A stretch of DNA of 64,000 bases from a virus: IMG/VR virus record IMGVR_UViG_3300042471_000650, positions 1 through 64,000 of that record; one strand, 5' to 3'. Under the pieces are notes generated by a model. It saw nothing but the letters and a program-made list of their open reading frames with translations. It did not search any database and was not told the DNA's origin. A program made the translations under genes and the position numbers. Each line of letters opens with the position of its first letter. Within the stretch, counting starts at the first letter, position 1. Below, one piece after another: positions 19,571 through 28,403 of the stretch.

Positions 19571-20337
19571 TAATTTAAATTAAGAATTGTTTGATGATGA
19601 TTTGCCCCCATAATCAATGCTAGGAGACTGACATTCGAAAAACTATACAAAAAGTGACTACAACTTGAAAGAATAAAAACGCTCGATAATACTTCTTCAT
19701 TGATTATATCTCTATTGGGTAAATTATGCAATGGAGCATTATCTGAACTAATATGAATTGTATCGTCATATACGACTACATTTCCATATCTTTCTTTGAT
19801 AGGATTTAGATACTTAATATCATCTGTTGCCAAAAAGATATTTTGTATGTCCACCATATCAAAGTATCTGTCAATTTTTTGAATAATATTATCTATACTT
19901 GGTTCAGGTATCTCATTTTTCTTATCTGTGCCTCTAATTTGAATCCCAAGTGTTTTATCAGTAATTCCTAAATCGGCAAACTTCTTTTCAAATAGTTTTC
20001 TTTTATCGTCTTTAATCTTAAGAATACTATCAAACACTTTATTCTTCAATTTTAAATTTTCTACATTAGCAATTGTATGTGCAGTGTAGTCAGAATGATG
20101 CAATTGATTCTGAAAAAATCTATCTAACCACCAAGACCCCGCATCATATTCATCATCACCATCCTCATAGACATTATCAAAGAGTTTAAGAGTTTGTGAT
20201 TCAAAAACAGAGCAGTTTAAGTTTTCATAGACACAATAATGCTCCAATGCAATATCAATAATTGCACATACGATGGAGCAGAATCCTTTGTATGAATAAT
20301 TGAATCTAGGGTCTTGAAGAGTTATGCAGGCATTCAT
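19570..20337 (-). CDS. NodZ/GT23-like fucosyltransferase
   Basis: GIQIRGTDK, IFLATDD and SNVS motifs. Confidence 0.7.
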   Translation of the reverse strand: MNACITLQDPRFNYSYKGFCSIVCAIIDIALEHYCVYENLNCSVFESQTLKLFDNVYEDGDDEYDAGSWWLDRFFQNQLHHSDYTAHTIANVENLKLKNKVFDSILKIKDDKRKLFEKKFADLGITDKTLGIQIRGTDKKNEIPEPSIDNIIQKIDRYFDMVDIQNIFLATDDIKYLNPIKERYGNVVVYDDTIHISSDNAPLHNLPNRDIINEEVLSSVFILSSCSHFLYSFSNVSLLALIMGANHHQTILNLN

Positions 20338-20675
20338 AGTCCAGTGTCTCTATCTAAATTATAAGCATATGCAGTTTTAAGACCGCTTGGTTTTTTATCG
20401 TTGAATAATATCCTTTCACCTATAGGCAAATCATAAATGATATGGTCAAATCTAATATTATTTTCTTTAAGAAACTTTTCAGTAATTTCTTTATACTCTA
20501 AAGACCTTGCAGTTAGAATAACAATTTTATCATCCTTTGAAATCTTTGAGAAAAAATCCTTCACACCAGGAAGCAATTCTTCACCGGCATTCTTATAACC
20601 ATTATGTTTGACTAATGTCCCATCCATATCAAACAACCAGGTTTTATTTAAATTAGAGTAATTGCTTCCGTCCAT
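20334..20675 (-). CDS. Minimal HAD-family phosphatase
   Basis: FDMDGTL, LTAR and ND motifs. Confidence 0.8.
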   Translation of the reverse strand: MDGSNYSNLNKTWLFDMDGTLVKHNGYKNAGEELLPGVKDFFSKISKDDKIVILTARSLEYKEITEKFLKENNIRFDHIIYDLPIGERILFNDKKPSGLKTAYAYNLDRDTGL

Positions 20676-22171
20676 AACTCACATCCTTTATAAAATGAAT
20701 ACAAAACCGCATCAATATCTTCCTTTACATAACCAGATAAAGAAAACCAAATACCAGCGTGGAGTAAAATCATTTCAACTTTGGTCATTCTTGACCTCTG
20801 AATAATATACTCACCAAACTGCTCATACCCATTGGATTCAATATCCAATTTGATACCATTGCTCATATCTACACTAAACTTTTTAGAATTAATTTTATCA
20901 TAGTTTCCCACTGCAGAATAATAAAGTTTTGCCCAATCATATCTGGGGTCTCCGTAGATTTTATTTCCCCCAAAAGTTCCTCTGGGGTCAATAAACCAAA
21001 CTTGATTCTTGTCATCGACCAGAGTGTTACTAAAAGTGCAGTCACCGTGAATAACCGTATAATGAAGATTCTTGAGAAGATTATTTTCCATAATCTCTTC
21101 AAAACTTCTCATATCACAAAAAGGATTCCTACAAGACTTACGATTGATTTGAATTACTGGTTTAGAGAAGTCTTCTATAATATGCCTAACCTGCATCACT
21201 CTCTGATAAGGTTTAAACATATAGGTATCGGCACAATCATAATCATTATTTGGAGCACATTCATTAATTGAATGTAATTCTTGAAGTGCATTACAATAAT
21301 TTTCAATTATCCAATCCTTACCTTGCTTTATATCCCAAGCGTGTTTTCCTTCCACTTTAGACATAATTAAAGGTTCTGTGGAATAAATCTTTGGTATTCT
21401 TTGAAAATCATTCTTTACATAGGCATACCATTCTTTTTCTGCCTGATGAACTTTATCATACTTTGAGTCAATACATCTTTTATAGACTTTATCATCTTCT
21501 ATTTTAACTTCATTAAAGAATCGATGATTGACTGATTTATTCAATAATTCCTCATACTTATCCACAGTTCCAACCTCAAAGCAATCATGATTTGTAAAGG
21601 ATGATATCTCATAAGGCATATAAGTATCAGATAAAAATCCTCTCACCAATGACTTATCAGTTTTTAAATTTTCAAATCTTTGCTTATTTTTAAAAGCAAA
21701 AAATCCAGATACTCCCTTTTCTTGAGAAGGAATGTTTTTAAAGACTCCATTCTCTAATGACCACCGACAATCAAAATTGCCTGCAAGTCCCACAAGCATT
21801 TCATTGTCAAACTCAAACTCCTGCTCCCGTTCAAAGAACAAATCAGACCAGGTGATAATAAATGGTTCTCCATCAGGAACATTTTGAAGTGCTGATTGAA
21901 TACCTGCAGCAGTGCCCTCTTCTTCAGTCTGCATAAGAATATAATTATCAAAATTACTAATCTCACAAATATAATGCAAAAGCATTTTAAAGTGAGTATC
22001 GCCAATAATAATGACAGTTTTGTCTCTGTATGTTTCCAAAGTCTGCTCAATCATTGGTTTACCATAAACTGGCACCAAACACTTTGGGCGATTCATCGTA
22101 TATTTGCCCAGACGAGTGCCTTTACCACCCGCCTGGACAATTACATACTTAATATCTTTATGAGTAATCAT
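20648..22171 (-). CDS. Fused sugar nucleotidyltransferase and APH/choline-kinase-like phosphotransferase
   Basis: N-terminal QAGGKGTRL..PKCL and WSD; C-terminal HGDCTFSN, IDPRG and GDPRYDWAK. Confidence 0.82.
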   Translation of the reverse strand: MITHKDIKYVIVQAGGKGTRLGKYTMNRPKCLVPVYGKPMIEQTLETYRDKTVIIIGDTHFKMLLHYICEISNFDNYILMQTEEEGTAAGIQSALQNVPDGEPFIITWSDLFFEREQEFEFDNEMLVGLAGNFDCRWSLENGVFKNIPSQEKGVSGFFAFKNKQRFENLKTDKSLVRGFLSDTYMPYEISSFTNHDCFEVGTVDKYEELLNKSVNHRFFNEVKIEDDKVYKRCIDSKYDKVHQAEKEWYAYVKNDFQRIPKIYSTEPLIMSKVEGKHAWDIKQGKDWIIENYCNALQELHSINECAPNNDYDCADTYMFKPYQRVMQVRHIIEDFSKPVIQINRKSCRNPFCDMRSFEEIMENNLLKNLHYTVIHGDCTFSNTLVDDKNQVWFIDPRGTFGGNKIYGDPRYDWAKLYYSAVGNYDKINSKKFSVDMSNGIKLDIESNGYEQFGEYIIQRSRMTKVEMILLHAGIWFSLSGYVKEDIDAVLYSFYKGCELWTEAITLI

Positions 22172-22743
22172 ACAACTGTCTTTCCAATACTACCACCTGG
22201 ATGATTTTGCACAAACTGTTTGAGTGTAAGATTTTTTCTTCTTGATATTTCACAAGCAACAGATTGAAGAAAAATTGTAAATATCGCAATTGAAGAAGTT
22301 GGCACAATATTCAAGTGGTCTGCTTCTTTATCGACGTGCAAGTTAATATCAAGAGATGAATATTTTTGAGATTGATTACCATTATTAGAGTGAATGGATA
22401 CAATCTTACAGTTTTTATGACTTACGTGATGTAAAAAATTAACCAGTTCATCAGTGTTTCCACTTTTTGATACTGCGATTAAAAGGTCATTCTCATCAAT
22501 TACCCCCATATCACCGTGAACACTATCAACAGCATCAATAAAAAAACAAGGGACTCCGATTGAAGATATTGTAGATGTTGCTTTAGCAGCAACGTGACCG
22601 TTCTTTCCAATACCTGTAAAGAGTATTTTGCCCTTACAATTCATAATAAGGTCTATCATCTTCTCTACATTTTCATCCTCAAGATGCTCATAAGAAGTCT
22701 GAATTGATTCAATATGAGATTTATAAAAGTCCCTTACCGACAT
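22168..22743 (-). CDS. SIS-domain arabinose-5-phosphate isomerase (KdsD/KpsF-like, no CBS domains)
   Basis: TGIGKNG, HGDMG, SKSGNTDEL, PTSS and HPGGSIG motifs. Confidence 0.85.
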   Translation of the reverse strand: MSVRDFYKSHIESIQTSYEHLEDENVEKMIDLIMNCKGKILFTGIGKNGHVAAKATSTISSIGVPCFFIDAVDSVHGDMGVIDENDLLIAVSKSGNTDELVNFLHHVSHKNCKIVSIHSNNGNQSQKYSSLDINLHVDKEADHLNIVPTSSIAIFTIFLQSVACEISRRKNLTLKQFVQNHPGGSIGKTVV

Positions 22744-23681
22744 TCTTTATACCAATGATAAGTTGACTCAATACCTTCACGAAGTCCAATCTTTGGTTGC
22801 CATCCAAGTGCTTTAATCTTATCTACATTCAAAACTTTGCGAGGAGTGCCATTTGGTTTAGTTGTATCCCAATTAATATCACGAGCGTATCCAACAACAT
22901 CAGCAATCATTTCTGCAAGTTGTTTGATTGTTACATCTTCACCAGTCCCAACATTGATGTGCTCTGCTTCTTCATATTTTTGCATACAAACATAACACGC
23001 TTCTGCAAGGTCATCGACGTGCAGAAACTCCCTCATTGCCGACCCATCTCCCCACAATTTAACTTCATAATGCTCACTATGCTGAAGAGCACCGTGAAAC
23101 TTGGCAATCAGTGCTGGAAAAACGTGGGATGTCTCTAGATTAAAATTATCATTAGGACCATAAAGATTTGTAGGCATCAACGAAATTGCATTGAAACCAT
23201 ACTGTTGACGATATGCCTGGCACATCATAATTCCAGCAATCTTTGCAATCGCATATGCATCATTCGTTGGTTCCAGAGGACCAGTCATTAGTTGGTCTTC
23301 TGTGATTGGTTGCATTGCAAACTTGGGATAAATGCAGGATGAACCAAGAAACAGAAGTTTCTTCACACCAAAATTATAAGACTGTTGAATGATATTAGTT
23401 TGAATTTGAAGATTCTCTGTAAGAAAATCTGCCTTATAGTTATTGTTTGCCATAATGCCACCAACTTTGGCAGCAGCAAGAAAAACATATTCAGGTTCTT
23501 CTGAAGAAAAATATCTTTCTACTTCTTCTTGATTTGTAAAGTCTACATCTTGACGAGTGCCTTTGATGATATTTGTATAACCTTTGCTCTCAAGATTTCT
23601 AACGATTGCTGACCCAACCATCCCATTGGCGCCAGCAACTAATACTCTAGAATTATTGTCCATAAATGCACATATCCTCAA
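22734..23681 (-). CDS. fcl: GDP-L-fucose synthase
   Basis: [28 protein letters not shown] and [10 protein letters not shown] motifs. Confidence 0.95.
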   Translation of the reverse strand: MRICAFMDNNSRVLVAGANGMVGSAIVRNLESKGYTNIIKGTRQDVDFTNQEEVERYFSSEEPEYVFLAAAKVGGIMANNNYKADFLTENLQIQTNIIQQSYNFGVKKLLFLGSSCIYPKFAMQPITEDQLMTGPLEPTNDAYAIAKIAGIMMCQAYRQQYGFNAISLMPTNLYGPNDNFNLETSHVFPALIAKFHGALQHSEHYEVKLWGDGSAMREFLHVDDLAEACYVCMQKYEEAEHINVGTGEDVTIKQLAEMIADVVGYARDINWDTTKPNGTPRKVLNVDKIKALGWQPKIGLREGIESTYHWYKECR

Positions 23682-24654
23682 TCAATTGGTCAAATGTAAT
23701 TTTAGGTTCCCATCCTAATTGTGTTTTTGCCTTCGTGGCATCCCCCAATAAGGTTTCTACTTCAGCGGGTCGAAAATATTTAGGATTGACCTTAATAACC
23801 TCTTTTCCGGTAAAAACATCATATCCAATCTCATCCAAACCCTCACCCCTCCAGGTAATTTGCATTCCAAAGTAAAGTGCTGCTTTTTCAACAAACTCAC
23901 GCACAGAGTATTGTTCTCCAGTAGCAATCACATAATCTTCTGGAGTTTCCTGCTGCAGCATCAACCACATTGCTTCAGCGTAATCTTTTGCGTGACCCCA
24001 GTCTCTTTTAGCATTTAGATTACCAAGATATAAACAATCTTGAAGTCCTACTGAAATTTTTGATAATCCTTGAGTTATTTTTCTAGTAACAAACGTCTCA
24101 CCCCTGCGAGGAGATTCGTGATTAAAAAGAATTCCTGTGCAGGCATACATTCCGTATGCTTCACGATAGTTTTTAGTAATCCAGTAGGCATAGAGTTTTG
24201 CTACACCATATGGAGATCTTGGATAGAATGGAGTGGTTTCTTTTTGGGGAATCTCCTGCACAAGACCATACAATTCACTTGTAGATGCTTGATAGATTCT
24301 TACTTTATCTTCCATACCCAGAAGACGCACTGCTTCTAGAATACGAAGAGTGCCAACACCATCAACATCAGCAGTATATTCAGGCATTTCAAAGGATACC
24401 TTCACGTGACTTTGGGCACCCAGATTGTAAATCTCATTGGGTTGAACCTGCTGAATGACTCTTACCAGATTTGTAGAATCAGTAAGATCCCCATAATACA
24501 ACTTAATCCTGTTGTAAATATGGTCGATTCTTTGAGTGTTAATTTGAGATGCACGACGAATAATGCCGTGAACTTCATATCCCTTTTCTAAAAGTAATTC
24601 TGCAAGATAAGAACCATCTTGTCCTGTAATGCCAGTAATTAATGCTTTTTTCAT
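23653..24654 (-). CDS. gmd: GDP-mannose 4,6-dehydratase
   Basis: [26 protein letters not shown] and [15 protein letters not shown] motifs. Confidence 0.96.
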   Translation of the reverse strand: MKKALITGITGQDGSYLAELLLEKGYEVHGIIRRASQINTQRIDHIYNRIKLYYGDLTDSTNLVRVIQQVQPNEIYNLGAQSHVKVSFEMPEYTADVDGVGTLRILEAVRLLGMEDKVRIYQASTSELYGLVQEIPQKETTPFYPRSPYGVAKLYAYWITKNYREAYGMYACTGILFNHESPRRGETFVTRKITQGLSKISVGLQDCLYLGNLNAKRDWGHAKDYAEAMWLMLQQETPEDYVIATGEQYSVREFVEKAALYFGMQITWRGEGLDEIGYDVFTGKEVIKVNPKYFRPAEVETLLGDATKAKTQLGWEPKITFDQLIEDMCIYGQ

Positions 24655-25481
24655 ACTTCACAATTTGTAAAATCTATTTGACCATTTCTGGTTGCCCAGA
24701 TTGGATACTCTTTACCATAAGTATTCCAAACATTTGCTTGTGCGTGACCAACCGGAATACCGGTCATTCCAGTAGCATTCCAAATTGTTTCATAGGTGTC
24801 ATCCTCGTGAAAAGTAAAGTCGTGAGATTCTGCCTGCTGTTTCAAAAGCAAAGACAAGATAGATTGGTCGTGCCTATTTTCTATAAAAATGGAATCATTA
24901 GATAGACTTGAACGACTATCATCTAAATACTTTCCACCATCCTCAACACAAATATCCATCCATTTCCTAACCAACTCTCTCATCATAAGAGTATTCTTGA
25001 GAAAGAAGATACCAGAAATAATTTGCCGAGTCATCAGATATTCATCATTATCTCCAAGTATATGGCGATATGTGTCCATCTTCGTCCATTGAATCTCTGG
25101 TAGGTCTAGTGTAAAAAATACACCTTCAGTCTCTACACATTCCTGATAATATTGCTGAAGTTTCTCTAATCCATTCTTATTCAACTCACAACCAGAATCC
25201 ACATAAAGAAGAACCTCATTTTCAGGAATACTTTCAAGTGCTTTTAAAACAAAGTAAGGTTTACAAGCGTAATACCCATAATATCGTCCAGGCATTCCTA
25301 AACGAGGTGCCATCATTGGTTTGGCGTATTCTTCCCAGAATGCATTGTTTTCTAAATCAGATTCTCCAAATTCCAGAATAGAATCAAATACTTCAAAATT
25401 TTCTGCTTGTTTTTTAATTCTACTTTTACCTATAGAGAAATTTTCATCTCCAAAGTAAGTTAAATGCAACTTCATACACAC
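24651..25481 (-). CDS. Putative GT-A glycosyltransferase
   Basis: KP..., YVDSG and RHDQSILS motifs. Confidence 0.55.
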   Translation of the reverse strand: MCMKLHLTYFGDENFSIGKSRIKKQAENFEVFDSILEFGESDLENNAFWEEYAKPMMAPRLGMPGRYYGYYACKPYFVLKALESIPENEVLLYVDSGCELNKNGLEKLQQYYQECVETEGVFFTLDLPEIQWTKMDTYRHILGDNDEYLMTRQIISGIFFLKNTLMMRELVRKWMDICVEDGGKYLDDSRSSLSNDSIFIENRHDQSILSLLLKQQAESHDFTFHEDDTYETIWNATGMTGIPVGHAQANVWNTYGKEYPIWATRNGQIDFTNCEV

Positions 25482-25507
25482 TAAAGTATTATTCTGGTAT
25501 TATAGCA

Positions 25508-25535
25508 AAAAAGGAGAGTTTATGCAACTCTCCCT
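25508..25535 (-). terminator. Intrinsic terminator
   Basis: GGAGAGTT..AACTCTCC followed by a U-run. Confidence 0.7.
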
Positions 25536-25564
25536 TTAGTATATAACGGAGTTGCGCTTCTCCA

Positions 25565-25662
25565 GGTTGCTCGCCACTTGCCCTTTGACTGGAGGCAAGA
25601 AACCAGGCGGGGTTTCCCCATCCGCACCACTTACTTTTTAATGGGAAAGCAAGAAACCAAAT
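25565..25662 (-). ncRNA. wcaG-like RNA motif
   Basis: Two hairpins each followed by UGGYG (GUGGUGCGG, GUGGCGAGC) with a GGGG-aaa-CCCC stem between them; upstream of the gmd/fcl operon. Family assignment from recall. Confidence 0.65.
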
Positions 25663-25801
25663 ACTTATACCACAAAATATCATAAAAATAGTAAAGTAGA
25701 AATAACCCAATATTTAAAATAATTGATGTTGCAATTCCAGTAAATAATGAAGTGAACAAGATTGCAATTATTCTAAATCCTACTGCTTTAAAAAACAACA
25801 T
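25631..25801 (-). CDS. Small membrane protein (56 aa)
   Basis: Read manually: MLFFKAVGFRIIAILFTSLFTGIATSIILNIGLFLLYYFYDILWYK... Confidence 0.5.
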   Translation of the reverse strand: MLFFKAVGFRIIAILFTSLFTGIATSIILNIGLFLLYYFYDILWYKYLVSCFPIKK

Positions 25802-25806
25802 AGATT

Positions 25807-26307
25807 TTAATTTTTTGGTGGCATACTTGAGAAAAAGGTAAGTGTCATCCTACTGTTTTCTTTATTATCACCAAATAAATCGGTTGGTCCATGCATATTT
25901 CTTGCATTGTAGAAAATCATTCTATTGAACACATTTTCTACAGATGATAGTAGATTGCGGTTATCATCATAAAATGATGTTCCAGTATTGGAAGGTGGGT
26001 TTGGTGTGAGATACACTAACCCAGCATAATCGCAAAAATCAGGATGTACTTTCCATTGATGAAAATCATATGGACAAGTCCATTTATTCTTTTCTAGAGA
26101 ATATCTAAAAACAAAATAAAACCTTTCAATTTCTTTAGATTCACTAACGCAATTATGAATCATATTAGTAAACTTATTTGAAAGATTTTCATCAGTTACA
26201 TAATGTGTATATCCCAGAAAAGGATCTTCAAAATATTCAGATTTAAGAGAAATGTCTCTTATTTCATCCGGATATTGGAAAAAATTTTCTACTATTTTAA
26301 CGTTCAT
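25807..26307 (-). CDS. 2OG-Fe(II) oxygenase family protein
   Basis: HPD, YAGLVYLTP, FNRMIFY, distal H and R residues. Confidence 0.75.
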   Translation of the reverse strand: MNVKIVENFFQYPDEIRDISLKSEYFEDPFLGYTHYVTDENLSNKFTNMIHNCVSESKEIERFYFVFRYSLEKNKWTCPYDFHQWKVHPDFCDYAGLVYLTPNPPSNTGTSFYDDNRNLLSSVENVFNRMIFYNARNMHGPTDLFGDNKENSRMTLTFFSSMPPKN

Positions 26308-26333
26308 AAGAGGGGGTCTTTTGGTTCCACCAC

Positions 26334-26573
26334 CTAGTTTACCGACAAACTAGGAAAGGTTAGTTGAATGAGTTTTGGAACTTCAATTGCGGCATAGAAA
26401 CCACAAAGAATGAGAATGTCCCAAAACTTATACTTGATTGCAAATGGAATGACAAAAGCATTTCCAACACATTTTACAAGTAATCCAACTCTGGGATCTC
26501 CCCATAAAAGGACAAAGTATCCTGATAAGAGAAGAATGTTTCCAATGTATCTTGATACATCAGTATTTTTCAT
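26334..26573 (-). CDS. Hypothetical membrane protein
   Basis: Hydrophobic ORF, likely start MKNTD. Confidence 0.55.
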   Translation of the reverse strand: MKNTDVSRYIGNILLLSGYFVLLWGDPRVGLLVKCVGNAFVIPFAIKYKFWDILILCGFYAAIEVPKLIQLTFPSLSVN

Positions 26574-26598
26574 AAGGGTTTGCTCCCGACCAGTACTT

Positions 26599-26868
26599 TT
26601 AGAGACTCTCCGTGTCTTCATCATCTCCTTTCACATAAGCAGGAACCCTATCAGGATCTAACCAGCAAGTATAAGAAAAATCCTCCATTGCAGTCATAAG
26701 TTGCATTTCATTGTCCAAAAGATACATATCTCGGTATCTTCCAGTATATGAGTCTACTTTCTGAATGCGATAGTCAGGTTTGCCATTGATTTCTAGAATG
26801 CCGCATTGAATATAGCGATATGGAAACCGCTCAAGAAGAACGGTTGGTTTCCTAACAACTTTCATCAA
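26599..26868 (-). CDS. Hypothetical protein
   Basis: ORF coupled to the upstream gene. Confidence 0.65.
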   Translation of the reverse strand: MMKVVRKPTVLLERFPYRYIQCGILEINGKPDYRIQKVDSYTGRYRDMYLLDNEMQLMTAMEDFSYTCWLDPDRVPAYVKGDDEDTESL

Positions 26869-27080
26869 GCAACCTCTACAGTTTCAAGATCTTGAGCGAC
26901 ATACTCCATAAGCATTTCATAGTCGTCCAGAGGGTCACCCGAAAATACAACCCCTACATTTTCATAGTAGCGGCGCACCTTTTTATAAAGTTTCGGATTC
27001 TTTACATCAAGGTAGATTTCCCCGTTAGCAGCAAGACGAAGAGTGCTAACATCTTTCTTGAATTTTGAGATCAGAGACAT
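26865..27080 (-). CDS. Hypothetical protein
   Basis: First ORF after a consensus promoter. Confidence 0.65.
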   Translation of the reverse strand: MSLISKFKKDVSTLRLAANGEIYLDVKNPKLYKKVRRYYENVGVVFSGDPLDDYEMLMEYVAQDLETVEVA

Positions 27081-27103
27081 TGTTTTGTTTTGTTTGCTCT
27101 AGT

Positions 27104-27155
27104 ATTATAAGGTGTTTGAGACTTTATGTCAAGTGTGCCAGTGAAGAAACTGGCA
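27104..27155 (-). promoter_or_regulatory. Early-type promoter with upstream palindrome
   Basis: TGCCAGT-N6-ACTGGCA, then TTGACA-N17-TATAAT. Confidence 0.75.
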
Positions 27156-27156
27156 A

Positions 27157-27228
27157 TCCAGAAGGTTGGGATCGAACCAACGTCTTCACCGCCCCAAACG
27201 GTGCCGTCTACCGCTGACTTACTCCTGG
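27157..27228 (-). tRNA. tRNA-Pro(UGG)
   Basis: Cloverleaf; anticodon arm CACCG-TT-TGG-GG-CGGTG; TTCGAT T-loop; own TTGACA-N17-TATAAT promoter. Confidence 0.9.
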
Positions 27229-27349
27229 TTACACCGTTATTTAGTTCGGTGTATAAGCATTATACCCATAACGGGCGGAACTGTCAAGCACATCCCAATG
27301 ATAAAGAGTCCTATCGGACTATTCAATATAGTTTCTACAATATGAAAAA

Positions 27350-27535
27350 TCATACCCCCCTCCAATTTTTATATTCGTAATGAAAGTATTGGTCTACTGT
27401 ATTATCCAGTGGTGGTGTTACATCCCAATCTGACCATTCTCTACAAAACTGTTTGATATATTCATCATTCAATACACTTCTACCATAAGACCTTACAAAA
27501 CAGGTCATAGCAAAACTATATCTTTGCTTATCCAT
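27350..27535 (-). CDS. Hypothetical protein
   Basis: Member of a coupled small-ORF chain. Confidence 0.55.
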   Translation of the reverse strand: MDKQRYSFAMTCFVRSYGRSVLNDEYIKQFCREWSDWDVTPPLDNTVDQYFHYEYKNWRGV

Positions 27536-27614
27536 ATGCGTGAGTCAAACCCCATTGAATGAATAAAGCGATTGTCAAAAAAAGTATAACTGCTGATATT
27601 AAAGTATTAGTCAT
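27528..27614 (-). CDS. Single-TM micropeptide (28 aa)
   Basis: MTNTLISAVILFLTIALFIQWGLTHAYG; overlaps both neighbours. Confidence 0.5.
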   Translation of the reverse strand: MTNTLISAVILFLTIALFIQWGLTHAYG

Positions 27615-27720
27615 CTTCTTCGTCCTCATAAGTTGAAGGTTCTTCAAAAAGTTCTTCTATTTTTTGTTTGAAAACTCTTTTTTGGAGTTCTTTTATATCT
27701 TCTTCTGTAATTGTTGCCAT
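27607..27720 (-). CDS. Acidic micropeptide (37 aa)
   Basis: MATITEEDIKELQKRVFKQKIEELFEEPSTYEDEEDD. Confidence 0.5.
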   Translation of the reverse strand: MATITEEDIKELQKRVFKQKIEELFEEPSTYEDEEDD

Positions 27721-27923
27721 TAATTTAATGTAATTTTAAGAAATGGTAGTAATGGTGGAATAATTCCAATCAACCTTAATAGTCCTTCAGCAAATAAAGC
27801 AAGAACCACCCAACCGACGCACATACTAATGATAGAAGCATTACGATTGTGTCTCCGTATAGCAGCATCGATCATCTCCTGAACTTCAGAACGACTCACA
27901 TATTCATCATAAGGTTCCATCAC
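27720..27923 (-). CDS. Hypothetical membrane protein
   Basis: ORF track; one hydrophobic segment. Confidence 0.6.
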   Translation of the reverse strand: MMEPYDEYVSRSEVQEMIDAAIRRHNRNASIISMCVGWVVLALFAEGLLRLIGIIPPLLPFLKITLN

Positions 27924-28069
27924 TTTTCATCTCCAAGATACTTTGCGAGAGGATCTCTTTTAGTTTTGACTATTTCACACGCTCTTCGGTAAAACATATT
28001 ATCAGTATTACCAGAAGATTCAAAAGTTGCCTTGATCTTCACCCAATTTTGGTAAGTGTGGTCATCCAT
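27920..28069 (-). CDS. Small hypothetical protein (49 aa)
   Basis: MDDHTYQNWVKIKATFESSGNTDNMFYRRACEIV... Confidence 0.55.
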   Translation of the reverse strand: MDDHTYQNWVKIKATFESSGNTDNMFYRRACEIVKTKRDPLAKYLGDEK

Positions 28070-28166
28070 TGGGATTTAAGTTGAATACTACTAGTTATGC
28101 TAGTGAGTATTTTGGCGGTGTCAACTATGTTAGGATTTGATGATAGTGGTTAAGAAAATATTAAAT

Positions 28167-28403
28167 TCAGAGTCCCAGAAGTTCTTTGAGTTCTTCTACT
28201 GTAAGTCCTGCTGCTTCAAGTTTTTGTTGTGGTGTTAGAGGTTCTGGTTCAGGTTCTGGGTCTGGTGGTAATGGTTCGTTTCCTTCTTCTAACCATTTTA
28301 GGTATTCTTCCCATCTTGTAGCGTCACCAGACATTCTAATTAGTCCATCATCATCTATTTTACCAACGATAGTTTGTTCTTGATTTAAAAATTTGTAATT
28401 CAT
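28167..28403 (-). CDS. Tail fibre assembly/chaperone-like protein
   Basis: WEEYLKWLEEGNEPLPPD; coupled to the upstream fibre gene. Confidence 0.6.
   Translation of the reverse strand: MNYKFLNQEQTIVGKIDDDGLIRMSGDATRWEEYLKWLEEGNEPLPPDPEPEPEPLTPQQKLEAAGLTVEELKELLGL

Noticed and set aside
25489-25710. 73 aa ORF-track call
   Set aside because: It overlaps the wcaG-like RNA and a terminator; a better ORF lies at 25631-25801.
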